Shown here: piece by piece, positions 47,626 to 60,660 of the stretch | Numbering within the stretch: the first letter of the stretch is position 1 | Layout of the letters: each line of letters opens with the position of its first letter | NCBI GenBank assembly: GCA_036785375.1 | Contig: JAWMAR010000632.1 | Coordinates: 496,001 to 560,000, forward strand | DNA from: Leucoraja ocellata | Lineage: Eukaryota | Direction of reading: 5' to 3' | DNA length: 64,000 nt | Translations under genes and position numbers: made by a program | Notes under the pieces: model-generated | Told to the model about the DNA's origin: nothing | The model's input: only the letters and a program-made list of their open reading frames with translations | Database searches by the model: none

Positions 47626-49444
47626 AGTATATAAATATAAGACTAAATAAATAAATCACTTAAAAGTCAAATTCACTGTTAGTGGAGATTAATACATGTA
47701 AAATAATTCCATTTATAAAAGAGGTAGAAAAATAGGACAACAAAATAAATCAGAAGTTCTCCCAGAGCAGTTTCAGAATAGACATGTATCCTAATGAATG
47801 TCAGATGGGTCATGCATGTTCATGTTTTCTTTTACAAACAGAAACGCACTAATAATTTATTCGAGAGTATTGCCCTGAAATCATTTTTTAAAATATCAGT
47901 GCATAAATGATTCATCTAGTCAGTAGAAATAGATACATTTCTATTCCCCAATTGCTAAAGACAACAATTGGACATTTAAAAAAATTGAACAGCAATGTTT
48001 AGTTATTTTATTCCAATTGAAAAACACCTGTGGTTATTTTTGATAATCTCTGTAAATAAATTATCCTGTGTAAATTTAAGTGTAAATGTCCCGCTTTCAA
48101 GCCTTCCTCTCTCGTATGAGTGATGTGATGTCGCATCACATTTGATTCTTTCATCGGATAAGGCATTGTATCAAGGTTTGCATTTGAAACCCTGTAGACT
48201 TCTCTAATAATTAATGCTATTAAGCTTAATTGCTTTAAAGAGTCACTGCCATTTCTTTGTCAGCTTTAGGGTTGTGATTAAAACCCATGAAAGTGCAGGA
48301 CCACCTTAACTGATACCCTTTGAATATTTCTTATCATCAAGGACTGTGCAATAACTCCTCAATCTTTCCTTCCTGTTTGTGACACTCATATCAGTTAGAA
48401 CAAACTCAGTGCATATTTCCACTAAAATCTTTTTTTGAATATGCATTTTCTATATTCATTCTGTCATAAGGTCGTAATTGATAGGAGAAGAATTAGGCCA
48501 TTTGGCCCATCAAGTCTACTCTGCCATTCAATCATGGCTGATCTATCTCTCCCTCCTAATCCTATTCTCCTGCCTTCTCCCCATAAACCGTGACACCCGT
48601 ACTAATCAAGAATCTATTTATCTCTGCCTTAAAAATATCCAAAATCATTTCTTCCATGCCTTTAATATTCAAAATTGATGCAAAAAACAATACTCTGATC
48701 CCCTTATCATTTCTTCGTCATTGATACTGTGTCCTGAGTCATATATACTGAATTAAAACAACTTAGATAGTTCTGCTATGACACATGTTTTCATAATGTA
48801 AGTTGGATAGAAGGCCATTGATGAATTAGGGAATACTATTTGCATTATATAGGCCATAATGGGTTAGGACATGATTACTCTCAGGAGCGAGGACACCATT
48901 TAAAAGTTAATTCGGAAATTGACAAGCAGAGAAAAAAAGCTGTCCTGAAAAAAAAGTCAAGGGAAAATAATTGGTTTCCATGTAACCATCTTGCAGTGAT
49001 AAGGCACCACTCTCTCTTGAAAACATGGTTCACTACATGTGACCATGTAAAATGACATATATTGCTTCTATTCACGCTAATGCAATGGTACTTCATTAAA
49101 CAATATACCATCGAGTCTTTGGTATTTTTAGCTAGCAGTAACAAACAATGTTGCAGGTATTTAAAAAAGACCTTTATGTTGAAGAAATTATTTTGTCATT
49201 GTAAATCTGAAACCTTCAAGCCCCTAATCCCCATTGACATATTGTTTTTTTAATATCATGAAATGTTCCATAATGAAATTTCTTCGGAAACCAAGAATCA
49301 CATTCTAGTAGGACATACTATTTTCTTTAAATTCCCCCATGCCCGCTGATTGGGCATAATAAAGGTAGAAAGAGGGATGGTAAAGATAGAGACTTTAGAG
49401 ATACAGCGCGGAAATAAGCCATTCGGCCCACTGAGTCTGCGCCG

Positions 49445-49850
49445 TGCAAGTTAACACTTTAACTCCCCCTCCCCATTCCCAACTGACCTTTCTGTTCTGG
49501 GCCTCCTCCACTGTCAGGGTGAAGCCCAGTGCAAATTAGAGGATCAGCATCTCATATTTCGCTTGGACAGTTTAAAACCCAGTGGTATGAATATTGACCT
49601 CCAACGCCTCAAGTAACCCTTGCATCCCCTCTCTCTCTCAACCCCTTCCCCATCCTAGTTCTCCGACTACTTTCACTGTCCTCCTGATTAAATTTTACTG
49701 ATTGCATGTCTTGTTGTTGCCTTCCCTACAACTAACAATGAACCATTCTACATTTTCCTTGATCATCGTCCCCTTTGATCTCTGTCACACCTTACGTTCC
49801 ATATCCCTGTCTCCATCCCGGACTCTCAGTCTGAAGAGGAGTCTCGACAC
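49445..49850 (+). mobile_element. Penelope-like 3' fragment
   Basis: CKLEDQHLIFRLDSLKPSGMNID; truncated at ctcagtctgaagaggagtctcgac. Confidence 0.8.
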
Positions 49851-49877
49851 TCGCAATGCAATATGCAGCATTGTCTA

Positions 49878-50285
49878 TAATAATAATAATAATAATAATA
49901 ATAAACCTTATTACGGACTCAAGGTCCAGACAAGGCGCAACATTATATTAAAAATGCATTGCATATCAAATATCATAAATATATATAAAATCATGGTATA
50001 TCACATAAAAACATCATAAATTATATTTAACAAAAACCCACAATACTTAAGTTAAAAATCCAGATTAAAAGATGATCAATGTCATACAACGAGACAACGA
50101 TACCAGTGTCTCCACAACTGGGATTCGTAGCGTGTAGTGCTAACCCTTATGTTTGTCAAGGCCACAATAAGCACATTTTTACAGTCATTTATCCTGCAAA
50201 TTAATTTATACATGTGGTGTCTTAGGATAGCTTCTAAAGTACTGACTCCTGCAGCCACAAACATATTACTGGCACTACACCATCT
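49878..50285 (-). mobile_element. Non-LTR retrotransposon 3' end, RTE-X-like, with (TTA)n tail
   Basis: CSASNMFVAAGVSTLEAILRHHMYKLICRINDCKNVLI...SQLWRHW* then 3' UTR ending aataaggtttattattatt. Confidence 0.55.
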
Positions 50286-50879
50286 ATAGAATTAGATTGT
50301 GTTTTATCTTCACTTTGACATGCACAGTGCTGGACAATAGCCTGTAACTTATTTTTCCTACAACACATTGCGTTGATAAAATTGCTCAAAAATACAAAAT
50401 AAATACAGCAGTGACTACATGAAAGTAAAAATATTAAACAAATTTTTTGATTCTTAAAACTCCCTGCATCTCATGCTAGCTTCTTCATGAGTTTGTTCAA
50501 ATCTCATTATTAAAGAACATCTGCAGCCCCAAAATCCATTATTAACTGGTTGATTACTCTTGCAGCTTAAATGCTGATATACAAAACAGTTTTAAATGAA
50601 GCCAGTTACTGATGGACTCAAATATTTCTGCATAGTTTTTCTGCTGGAATAAATTTGCATAATATTCTCAAATAAAAGGAGCAAGAATAGAATTTGGTAT
50701 TCACTCCAGTCATTGTACAAATGTCAAAGGTGGCATTTTAAACATGCAAAGCAGAATTAATTACCCTTTTTAAATTTAGAAATGCAGCGTGATGAAGAAT
50801 GAAACTGAAGGTGAGTTAATTTTGAAACGCAGTTTGGAATTTTGATGATCAATTACAGGAGCGAAGATCAGAAGATCCT

Positions 50880-51268
50880 TGCACACCTCACGCTGCCTCG
50901 GCAAGGCCACCAGCATAATCAAGGACGAGTCGCACCCCGGCCAGTACGTCTTCTCCCCTCGGGCAAGAGGTACAAAAGTGTGAAAACACACACGTCAAGA
51001 GTCCCGGACAGTTTCTTCCCAGCTGTTAATGGGCAACTAAACTTTCATACAAAAAAAACTAGAGAGCGGTCCTGAGCTACTATCTACCTCATTAGGACCC
51101 TCGGACTATCTATAATCAGACTTTACCTTGCACCAAACATTATTCATGTTATCCCATAAACCATGTATCTGTACACCTTGGATGGCTCGATTGTAATAAC
51201 GTATTGTCTTTTCAGGTAAGCTTTTCACAGTACCGCAGTACACGTGACAATAAACTAAACTCAAACTC
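50880..51268 (+). mobile_element. Rex1/Babar LINE 3' fragment
   Basis: SRCLGKATSIIKDESHPG..LLPSGKRYKSVKTHTSR.PDSFFPAV; tail gtacacgtgacaataaactaaactcaaac. Confidence 0.85.
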
Positions 51269-52510
51269 AGCATTTCCTAACTGATTGGACATCTGCACGA
51301 GGTTGCCTTTTGCTTCTTTGTGCAGTGTGGATCCTCATCTTGCAGAGGTTACTGGCTGGATTGAAACAGAGCACCAAGAAAGTAATTCTGAAAATGTAAC
51401 AACGCTTGCGTGACGAAAAGATAATAAATCCGTGCGCTTTTCAAAATCCTGATCCGCTGTTCTCTAATCATCACATTCAACAGAATGGCACTACGGTTTG
51501 TAGGATTAAAACCTGAGAAAAGATTTGCACAAATATCGTTTGTATTCACCTGGGCTGAAAAGATTGAGGGCAGATCCAATCAAAGATTTCCAAGTGATGA
51601 AAGGATTTGATAGAAGAGGTTGTGAAATAATTTAGAATATGGGACCAAACGTAACATTAAAATTAAATCAATTGGAAGTGAAGCAGGAAAAACTTTTGCC
51701 GAATAAAATGTAGTGAAGACACACAACGCTCTTTTCAAAAGCTTATTAATGCTGGGTCAAATGCTATTTTCAAAATTGAGAGTGTTAATTGATTTTTGCA
51801 AGGTAAGTGCTTCAAAAGGTAGAGACTAAAGGCAGGTTAATGCATTTGAGGGAGAGATCAGTCATGATCTAATAGAATGATGGAATATACTCGAGGGGAA
51901 GAGTGGTCCAGCCCAGTCCCTATAATCATATGCCTTGAATGCTCTGTTCAATAAATTAATGAACTTTGATTCACTCAGCAATTTCTTCTAAGTCATACAA
52001 TGAGGGCACATTTTACATCTCGAGGTGACTTACTTTCTAATACTCTTTAATACAGTACCACAGAATTCAATATTCAGAGACTAAGGACATTCTCAGGACG
52101 TGTACAAGATTGATTCTCAGACCTCAAAACATCCAATAATCTCATTCAAATCCTCATTAGAATTGATTGCCTGGTACTGTAACAGCAGTGCAATTATATT
52201 ACCTACTGCTTTATGCAATTCACCGTATAGTTTTTCACCATCTAATCTCAATAATAATACAGATCCAATACTGCAAACATGAATGAATACAGTCACAAGT
52301 GATTAGCCAGGACATAATCAATTAATATTTCTGTGGTAAATTAATTGTATGCAGTAACCTGTTTTACCTTACAAATTGGTACTTAACTGCTAATTCTCTC
52401 CACAAATTACTTGAATTGTGTTACTTGTGTCATATTCATGACTGGAATGATTCAGAGCACTGTGTTGTTTCGGAGGCATATTAACACAAGATGTACTGGT
52501 TCATACTAAA

Positions 52511-52680
52511 GATAAGTGCAAAGTGCTGGAGTAACTCTGTGGGTCAGGCAGCATCTCTATAGAAAAAAGATGGGCGACGATTTAAGTCAGGACCCTTCTG
52601 GCTGCCTGATCCACTGAGTTACTCCAGCACTGTGCCTATCCTTAGTATAAACCAGTATCTGCAGTTCCTTCTTATTCCTT
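52511..52680. mobile_element. Fold-back Penelope pLTR insertion
   Basis: agtgctggagtaactctgtgggtcaggcagc inverted to gctgcctgatccactgagttactccagcact. Confidence 0.75.
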
Positions 52681-53337
52681 GAAATATTCTATATATTCAT
52701 TTCCTTGTTGTGAAGCCTGTGCCACAATCATGAAATTTCTAACCTTTTTTTATAAGCTAAATCAACTAATTTATCTCTCCAAAAGGGCTACCTTGCCAGA
52801 CAATTCATTCTCTCCAGTTGCAGTTATATTGTCATATTCTGCAAACAAAAGCCAATGTGAACACAGGAAGCTGCAGAGAGTGGTGAACTCAACCCGGTTC
52901 ATCATGGGCACAGGCCCCATCACTGAGGCAGTGCCTCATAATGATGGCATCTATCATCAATGCTGCCCACCATCCAGATAATTCTCACTGTTACTGTCAG
53001 ACAAGAGGTACAGTAGCCCGAAATCCCGCATCACCAAGTTCTGGAACTGATATTTCCCAACAACTATCAGGTTCTAGAACTGACCCGTACAAACTTAATC
53101 CTACTTCTACAACGGAATACAATATGACATCACCTGCGCTCCCATGGATTCATTTTTCAACCTACATTTTGCACGAATGTCTTGTTTTAATGCAGTCTTT
53201 TTTTTCTTTTTATCATCTTGCAGTATTTACAGTATGTGCAATTTATGTTTTTTGTATGTCGTCTAAGTCTATGCATTTATTGGCCTGCCGCCAGCAAGAA
53301 TTTTAATCTACTTCTGCTTCATCATATTTGTGCATAT

Positions 53338-54987
53338 TGTGGCGGCTCCCAAGGGTTGGTCCATTCGACTATTGAACCCCTCGGCATGGGAATGGACTAG
53401 TCTGGGGGGCGGCCCTTAGCTACAGGGATAAAGGGCAGGCGTTTAGGTGGGTTCGCTCTCTTGCAGACCCGACTGGTCAAGAGAACACCAACTAGTAAAA
53501 TTCCTCCCGAAATACCTGGCTCCTCGCCTTCATTTCTGGCTTATGGCCGCGCCACATTGGTGACCCCGATGCTCCATTGATGTCATAATGGAGTCAAAAG
53601 ACAGAGCCGCCCATCCGTCTGCCTCACAGGCCGACCAGGCCCTGTCTCTCGACGCGGTCTCCGTTAAACTATATAAGTTCTGGACCGCCCAGCCTCGAGT
53701 CTGGTTTCAGCAGGCTGGGGCCCAATTCCAGCTGCGGGGCAATATGGCGGATGACATCCGCTACTTCTACCTGGTAGGGGCCCTCGACCAGGACAAGGCC
53801 GGAGAAGTCACAGTTCCACGAAGACCCCCCGACCGCCAAGAAATACCTCAGCCTTAAGGAGCTCCTGCTCCAGGTTTACGGGCTCAGCGGGATGGAACGG
53901 ATTGCCAAGCTCCTTCATATGGAAGGCCTAGGCAACCGGTGGCCATCCAGCCTCCTTAATGAGATGGTCGCGCTCCTGGATGGGCACTCATGTTTGAGTA
54001 TATTCATCTGCCTGCAGCTCACCGACGCCTTGTTCGCCGACACCCAGGCCCTTGGCAGGCACGCTGACGCTCTGTGGATGGCGCGCTGGGATGACATCAG
54101 CGCACTGGCCATCACTCCGGCAGTGCCCGATTTCCTCCCTGCCACCTGGCGCCGGAGGGTTTTTCGACGTGATCGACGGGCTGCCTCACCCATCCATCTG
54201 GGCGACGACGGCACTTGTGGTTTCGGTTCATGTGGCACAATCTGCGCAAGCAGGTTGGCCACTGGGCCAGCACCTGAATTCTGTGCCACACATGGTGCCC
54301 GGGGAGTTTGTGCCATCGGCGCCGGGGCAGCATGTACCGCCCTCAACCACCCTACAACGCCTTCACGAGCAAGTTGGCAGGCTCGCGCCCGTGCCGACGT
54401 CCCACCATGGGACATTCCGCCCACACGTGCCATTGGCCCTCCGGGACAGCTCCTATGTTTTCCTGTGCCGTGATGCCCACCGGACGCCGCTCCAGAGGCC
54501 GCAAAAAGGCCCGTTCCGGGTGCTGGAGAGACAGAAAACCTTTGTGTTGGACATAGAGGACCAGCCGGAGGCCGTGTTGATTGACCGGTTAAAGCCGGCA
54601 CATTTGGACATTGACCAGCCAGTGCTGGTTGCCCAGCCGCGGCCGCAAGGTCGCCCCCATTTGCGGCACCCTCCACCTGTGCCTCCGCCGGCCCCTCTGT
54701 CGGTCGACTTCCGGTTGGGTTGTACGCCCGCTGGTGCGTTTCGTGCCTCCTGTTCTGATGGGGGGGGGGGGGGGGGAGGGAAATCATGTGGCGGCTCCCA
54801 AGGGTCGGGCCATTCCACTATCGAACCTCTAGTCCGGGGACGGCCCTAAGCTACAAGGATAAAGGGCAGGGGTTTAGGTTCAATCGCTCTCTTGCAGACC
54901 CGACTGCACAAGAGAACAACAACTAATAAAATTCCTCGCCAAATACCTGGCTCCTCGCCTTCATTTCAGGCTTATCACCACGCCACA
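53338..54987 (+). mobile_element. Internally deleted Gypsy LTR retrotransposon (CsRn1/Kabuki-like, tRNA-Trp primed)
   Basis: LTRs 53338-53556 and 54787-54987 (TG..CA); TSD ATAT; PBS TGGTGACCCCGATG at 53558; G-rich PPT; gag AVSVKL..FW..QPRVWFQQA.AQF; integrase Zn-finger remnant and C-terminus PLQRP.KGPFRVL..IDRLKPAHLD. Confidence 0.92.
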
Positions 54988-56089
54988 ATATGACAATAAA
55001 CGGAACGACTTGCAATGAAAAGAACAGCAACAGAAATACATCTGGATGTCAATAAAATACACTATTGTAAAGATAGAAATGATGAAAATAATGAAACAAC
55101 ATTAAAACAATAACAGAGTTGATGAGGGAGAGGAATTGAAAGTGTGAATCAGATACAAATCAGCCATTCAGGAATAGAAAAAAAATGATCATAAGTAGAA
55201 GACAAGGAAAGAAGCAATAAAAAGTTAAATGATGAAAATTGGAAAAGAAAGACGTGGCTTTGATTTGATTTTTATTTCTTTATTTTCCGTGAGCATTTCT
55301 TGAAGATCGAATCGCTCTCAATATTTTAGTTGCCCAATATCTTCCTTTAGGGGGCATTTTACGGGAAACAAAGCTGGGAAAGCACCTATTATGTTTAGTA
55401 TTGCTTGCTAGTAAGCCAAAGAGAATTCAATTAAATTCATATCTAAATTCAGAGCCTTACCCTGGGATTCTCAAAAATGGTGCATGTGGATTCACACCCA
55501 TTACCAGTCTCTGCACTGTTTAGAATTACTATGAAGATTAAATAAATTAAAGTGCATGGAATAAAACAGTTTACTTGTAAAAAACATTGTATACTCCAGC
55601 AAAACATTGTGAGACATTGCTGCTCATAGCGAGTTGCATCTTCCAAAGCTGTGAATAGGTATACAAACTTACCAGGTGTGAATCTGTCTTCAGGGGGAAT
55701 GTGTGAATCATGTTGATTTGGAAATGGATGATTTGTACTATCGATTTTCAAAGACAAAATCTAATTTAATTTTGCAAAGGCTGGCCATTTACAGCTTAGT
55801 AAATGATGGCCCATTTTAAGATTTTCAGATGTTCGTTGCATTAGTGGGGTTTGCAATGAACTTTACCAATCACTGAACCTGTACGTATTGTGGGCTCATA
55901 ATCATTTAATACCCGACTTCTGACAATTAGTGAGAGATGTTGTAGGAAGAAGTGTTGGTATAATGGGAAAATACTCCATCTTTGCACCATTCATTTATTA
56001 GATGCAGGTGCTGTTTTAATGGACTGATCATTAAATACAGTTCTGCCTACAGTTCACAGTTCTTAGTACAAGAGTCCTGAGCATCATAG

Positions 56090-56830
56090 AGAGATATAGC
56101 GCCAGAAGAATCCCTGTGGCCCACCAAGTCAGCAAGAACAATCATCTAGCCATCCCATAATAATCATATTGTTTAGTCTCCCTACATTTTCATTAACTCC
56201 TCTCATATTCTACCACTCATCGACACACTTGGGACAATTTACAGTGGCCAATTAATTTACAACCCGCATTGCTTTAGGATGTGGGAGGAAGTTAGAGCAT
56301 CCGGGGAAAGCCCCATGCTCACAGGAAGAATACGCAAATTTTGCACAACAGGATTGAACCCGGGTTTCCAATTCTATGAGCTGTTGGCTCTGCTAGCTAC
56401 ACCACTATGCCATCCTGTCTTTGGTAGGACGGATAGCGTGGAAAATAGCAATATCAGCCTCAAAAAAAGTTACTTGAAGGGTCGTTAAAGCCAATAGATG
56501 ACAGGGCAGCATAGTGGCGTAGCGGTAGAACTAATGTTTTACAGTGCCAGAGACCCGTGTTCAATCCTCACTATGGATGCTGTCTGTGCAGAGCTTGTAC
56601 CTTCTCCCTGTGACTGCGTGGGTTTTCTCCACATGCTTTGGTTTCCTCCCTTTCACTAATGATGTACAGGTTTGTAAGTTAATTGGCTTTAGTAAAATTG
56701 TAAATTCTCCCACCTAGTGTGTAGGATTGTGTTAGTCTACATAGTGAACGCTGGTCGGCATAGACTTGGTGGGCCAAAGGGCCTGTTTCAGCACTGTATC
56801 AAGTCTAAAGTCTAAATTAAAGTCTAAAAA
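56090..56830. mobile_element. Head-to-head HE1-like SINEs (- ~56090-56415; + ~56503-56830)
   Basis: SINE consensus on both strands; gtctaaagtctaaa tail on the plus copy. Confidence 0.8.
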
Positions 56831-57599
56831 ATATTTATTTATAAATATAATAGTTCTCAAATCAAAGAGACCTCAGTTATGTTAATACCAACTCAGGAGT
56901 TATTTTTAGATCAAAGAAGTCTTTGCTTTAGGCAATCAGGCCACGGACATTGTAAAAAAAGTAGTCTGCCATTTCTGGAAACAATATGCAGTAGTCCACA
57001 CAAATAAACAAACTATATGTTACTTTCAGTCATAAATAAAACTAATTAAACTTTATTATTTCATGCATGCAGCAGTGGGTACATCATTAATGCTTGAGGT
57101 ATGAATGGTTAACACTGAGGATATTATTTGAAGATATCTCCAAGCATTTGTACCATTCACGCATGAAAAAAAAAACACCTGAAAAAGACTCAGATCAACT
57201 GACATGTTGTACTGTGGATCAGGTACCAACGGTGTCGCAAATCAATGTGCTGATTGTCAGTACTCATTTCCAAATGTTATCAATTAAATTAGTGGGTTTT
57301 ATCCCATTTCAGATTTGCAAGCAACCACCAAGTTCGCAGTTAACAGTGCTGGTATGTTGCATTTCATTGAATCTATCCTTCCAATACAGATATTAGTGAG
57401 TGACATTTAAAAGATACAGGAGTGAAATGAGCCTCTGCCTCAATGAAACACAGTGTGTGTCAAACACTTGGTGTCCCTGCTGATATCTCAGCACTGCCTT
57501 CTCTTCAAATAATAACAAAGTTAATGGATCACCTTGGCAATGTCTTCTGCCATTTAATACCTCACTTATTTATGCAAGAAATACTACTGATTATTCACG

Positions 57600-58030
57600 T
57601 TCACAAGTTATAGTAGAATTAGGCCTTTCAGCCCATTGAGTCTTCTCCGCCATTCAATCATGGCTGATCACTGCCTCCTAATCCCATTTTCCTGCCTTCT
57701 CCCCATAACCCTTGACACTCGTTCTAATCAAGAACTTGTCTGTCTCTGCCTTTAAAATATCTGCTGACTTGGTCCCCGCAGCCCTCTGTGGCAATGAGTT
57801 CCACAGATTAACTACCCTCGGACTAAAGAAGTTCCTACTCACCACCTTTCTAACAGAACACCCTTTAATTCTGAGGCTATGACCTCTGGTCCTAGACTCT
57901 CCCACCAGTGGAAACATCCCTTTCACATCCACTATGTATGCCTTTCATTCTTCTGTAAGTTTCAATGAGGGACCCCCCCGCAACCTTCTAAACTCCAGCA
58001 AGTAGAGGCCCAGTGCTGACAAATGCTCTG
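57600..58030 (-). mobile_element. CR1 LINE 3' fragment
   Basis: ORF 57678-57932 MFPLVGESRTRGHSLRIKG..RVVNLWNSLPQ. Confidence 0.9.
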
Positions 58031-58563
58031 TTAAATGCAGGATTAACCCTCTGCAGAACATGACTCAGAATCCCCCACATCAGGACAATTCAGAGGTGTT
58101 AGCAGGGAACATAGTATTTTCTGTTCCATTCTGCACTTGCTATTTCCTACATGATTTACTATTTGCAATATTCTGCCTGAGCAAAAGATCAGCAACTATC
58201 TAGAGAAAGATATGCATTTGTTATGTGTTGCGTTCAGTGTTGCACTCTTGAAGGAAGAACCTTTCTGCTCATGACAAAGCTGAGAGGTCAGATATAAAAA
58301 GGAGTGCTGAGAGGGCTATTCTCAACCTTTCAATTACATTTGATACCTATCCAGACAATGAATGATCCAACAACATATTAATAAATGTGTGCTGTAATAA
58401 AGGTATATTTTCTATAACAGAAAGTAACTGCAACTTGTCTATACAGAGAAAATAAATGACAAAATGGCGGCAGTAGCCATCTCCATCACTCCCCCCACCA
58501 CCCCATATGTAACACAGCCTCCCCATTGATCCCAATCATTTTCTATCTGTTAACCAACCGGTC

Positions 58564-59355
58564 CGGCACGGTGGCGCAGTGGTAGAGTTGCTGCCTCACA
58601 GCGCTGGAGACCCGGTTTTGATCCCGACTACGGGTGCTGTCTGTACGGAGTTCGTACGTTCTCCCCGTGACCGCTTGGGTTTTCTCCGAGATCTTCTGAA
58701 TTCCTCCCAGACTCCAAAGATTGGTAGGTTAATTGGACTGGTATCTGTGCAAAAAAAAATTGTCGCTAGTGTGTTTTGGATAGTGTTAATGTGCGGGGTT
58801 CACTTGTTGTTGTGGACTCGGTGGGTTGAAAGTAGGGTTTCCAACTGTCCCGTATTAGCCAGGACATCCCATATAATGGGCTACCTTGTCCCATATGGGG
58901 CTTGTCCCAGATTTGACTGCTGCTACTCGGGTCGAGGGGACTGTCGGGTCGGAGCGCCTCGTCCGGCCCCGCCACACCCGTCCCGAAGTAGTGCATCCCA
59001 TGGAGTGCAGCAGCAGCGCCTCAGCCGTGGCCCCATCGGTCGGCAGCCCGGCCAGCCGTCCGATCTTCGGACCTACACTTACTGCCGACACCACCACCCT
59101 TCCTTCTCATGGCCGATCATCAGTTCATGAGTTGGATGGGGTGCCCGGGCCAAAACTACTCAGCTTGCCTGCCGACTGGGCTTTGTGTGTAGTCCAGCAC
59201 CCGGGCCAACTCATCATTCACCCAGTCACGACTGAATCGATTAGCGAATTGCCATCTGGAATTTGTCCCTTATTTTGACCTTTTGTCCCTTATTTGGGAG
59301 TGAGAGAGTTGACAACCCTAGCCAAAAGGCTTGTTTCCGCACTGCATCTCTAAAA
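58564..59355 (+). mobile_element. HE1-like SINE interrupted by a hAT MITE
   Basis: cggcacggtggcgcagtggtagagttgctg head; tail resumes at 59321. Confidence 0.85.
58833..59320. mobile_element. hAT-type MITE (TAGGGTT termini, GTCCC subterminal repeats)
   Basis: TAGGGTTTCCAACT / AGTTGACAACCCTA; flanks gttgaaag / gccaaaag both derivable from an 8-bp GCCGAAAG TSD by transitions. Confidence 0.8.
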
Positions 59356-59394
59356 AACCCCAACCCTCAACCCATTCCAATAAATGATCCTCAA

Positions 59395-59865
59395 TCCCAC
59401 CATCATGGTAACATCAAATGCTGCTGGAAGGTCACCAACTTGGTGAAAGATGCCATTTGGTCTGCCCGAGCTTTGTTGTCCTCCCAGAAGAGCGGGATAT
59501 CGGTCGGGGAATGTTGCCGACTGGCCCGCTGCAGACTGCAGGAGTACATGCTGAGGGACGCACTGAAGCTCAGTGCAGCCAATGCCAAGGCTCTGTGGGG
59601 GTGGACCGCAATCTAGGGTCCTTCCGCTGCTGGATATGTGGGGCAGGGTGTGGTGAAGACGCCCCTCAAAAATAAGGGAAGGGATTCCACACCAGCGGGC
59701 CACATGAGTGACAAGGGTGGGGATAAATATGTGTTATTTGTGCAATGTGTGTAAACAGTATTGAATGTTTGTTTAGCCTCCGAAAATGTCAGATGAATTT
59801 TTTGCACTGTTCCTGTATTGTATATATTACTTGTATAAATAAATTTCAAAGTCTATTTTGAAATG
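59395..59865 (+). mobile_element. Tx1/L1-type LINE 3' fragment
   Basis: CCWKVTNLVKDAIWSAR...ECCRLARCRLQEYMLRDALKL.AANAKALWG* then AT-rich 3' UTR with aataaa. Confidence 0.6.
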
Positions 59866-60054
59866 TTAAAAATGGTAACAGATAGTGTGGTGCTTTGTGT
59901 CACATGCATCACTTAGTCACATAGAGGTCACAACCCCCCCCCCCCAAAATAACAAAATATAAAACCGTAGCACATCTTGGGGGAAATAACAAAATGGCAG
60001 AATAAAACACAGAACGTTTGTATTCTGTGGTGTTAAGTCTGCATTTATTGCTGT

Positions 60055-60325
60055 GTATGAAGGAACGCAGAAGTTGGTTTAAACGGAAGTTAGACACAAA
60101 ATGCTGGAATAACTCAGCGGGACAAGCAGCATCTCTGCAGAGAAAGAATGGGTAGCATTTCAGATCGATACCCTTCTTCAGACTGCTGAGGGTTTCGACC
60201 CAAAATGCCACCCCTTCTTTCTCTATGCTGTGCTGGCTCGAAGGGCTAAATGGCCTGCTCCTGCACTTATTGTCTATTGAGATGCTGCCTGTCCTGTTGA
60301 GTTACTCCAGCTTTTTGTGTCTATC
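60055..60325. mobile_element. Fold-back Penelope pLTR pair with a CR1 tail nested in the right arm
   Basis: Minus-strand hammerhead (cccttcttcagactg), then gggtttcgacccaaaatgcc; CR1 tail ~60228-60278. Confidence 0.7.
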
Positions 60326-60660
60326 TGCATTTATTGCTTTTGGATCAAGGCAAAGATCTGACACCCATTTGTTCTAATTTTATTTAATAAACTATTGGGT
60401 GCCACCTTATGCTGTCGGAAACTACAAATCCACCAAATTCGAAATCTACGTCGATTCTGTAATAATTTTCTATTAGTCCTGCTTCCTACTTCCTCAATAA
60501 TAGATGCCAACATATTAACTACTACTGGTGTCACGTTAACTGACCTGTAATTTCCCCATTTATATTAGACCACCTCTCATTCTTTGGATTTCCAATGTAG
60601 GAAGAACCACTTTGCTTAATCCTTTGTTAAAACATAACCTCTTCATCCCAGGATTCAATG

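Noticed and set aside
51200-51222. Plus-strand AG|GTAAG (gtcttttcag|gtaagc) resembling a recursive splice site
   Set aside because: Lies inside a Rex1 3' tail and has a short pyrimidine tract; likely a chance product of repeat decay
51305-51365. Reading CGSSSCRGYWLD* after a plausible acceptor, reminiscent of a post-SET motif
   Set aside because: Too short, first Cys of CxC missing, and no SET-domain exons recognisable in the window
53915-54787. 290-aa minus-strand ORF and overlapping ORFs
   Set aside because: Shadow ORFs of GC-rich Gypsy internal sequence
58564-58630. tRNA-like A and B boxes (also in other SINE heads)
   Set aside because: Continue directly into SINE V-domain and tail, so SINE heads rather than tRNA genes
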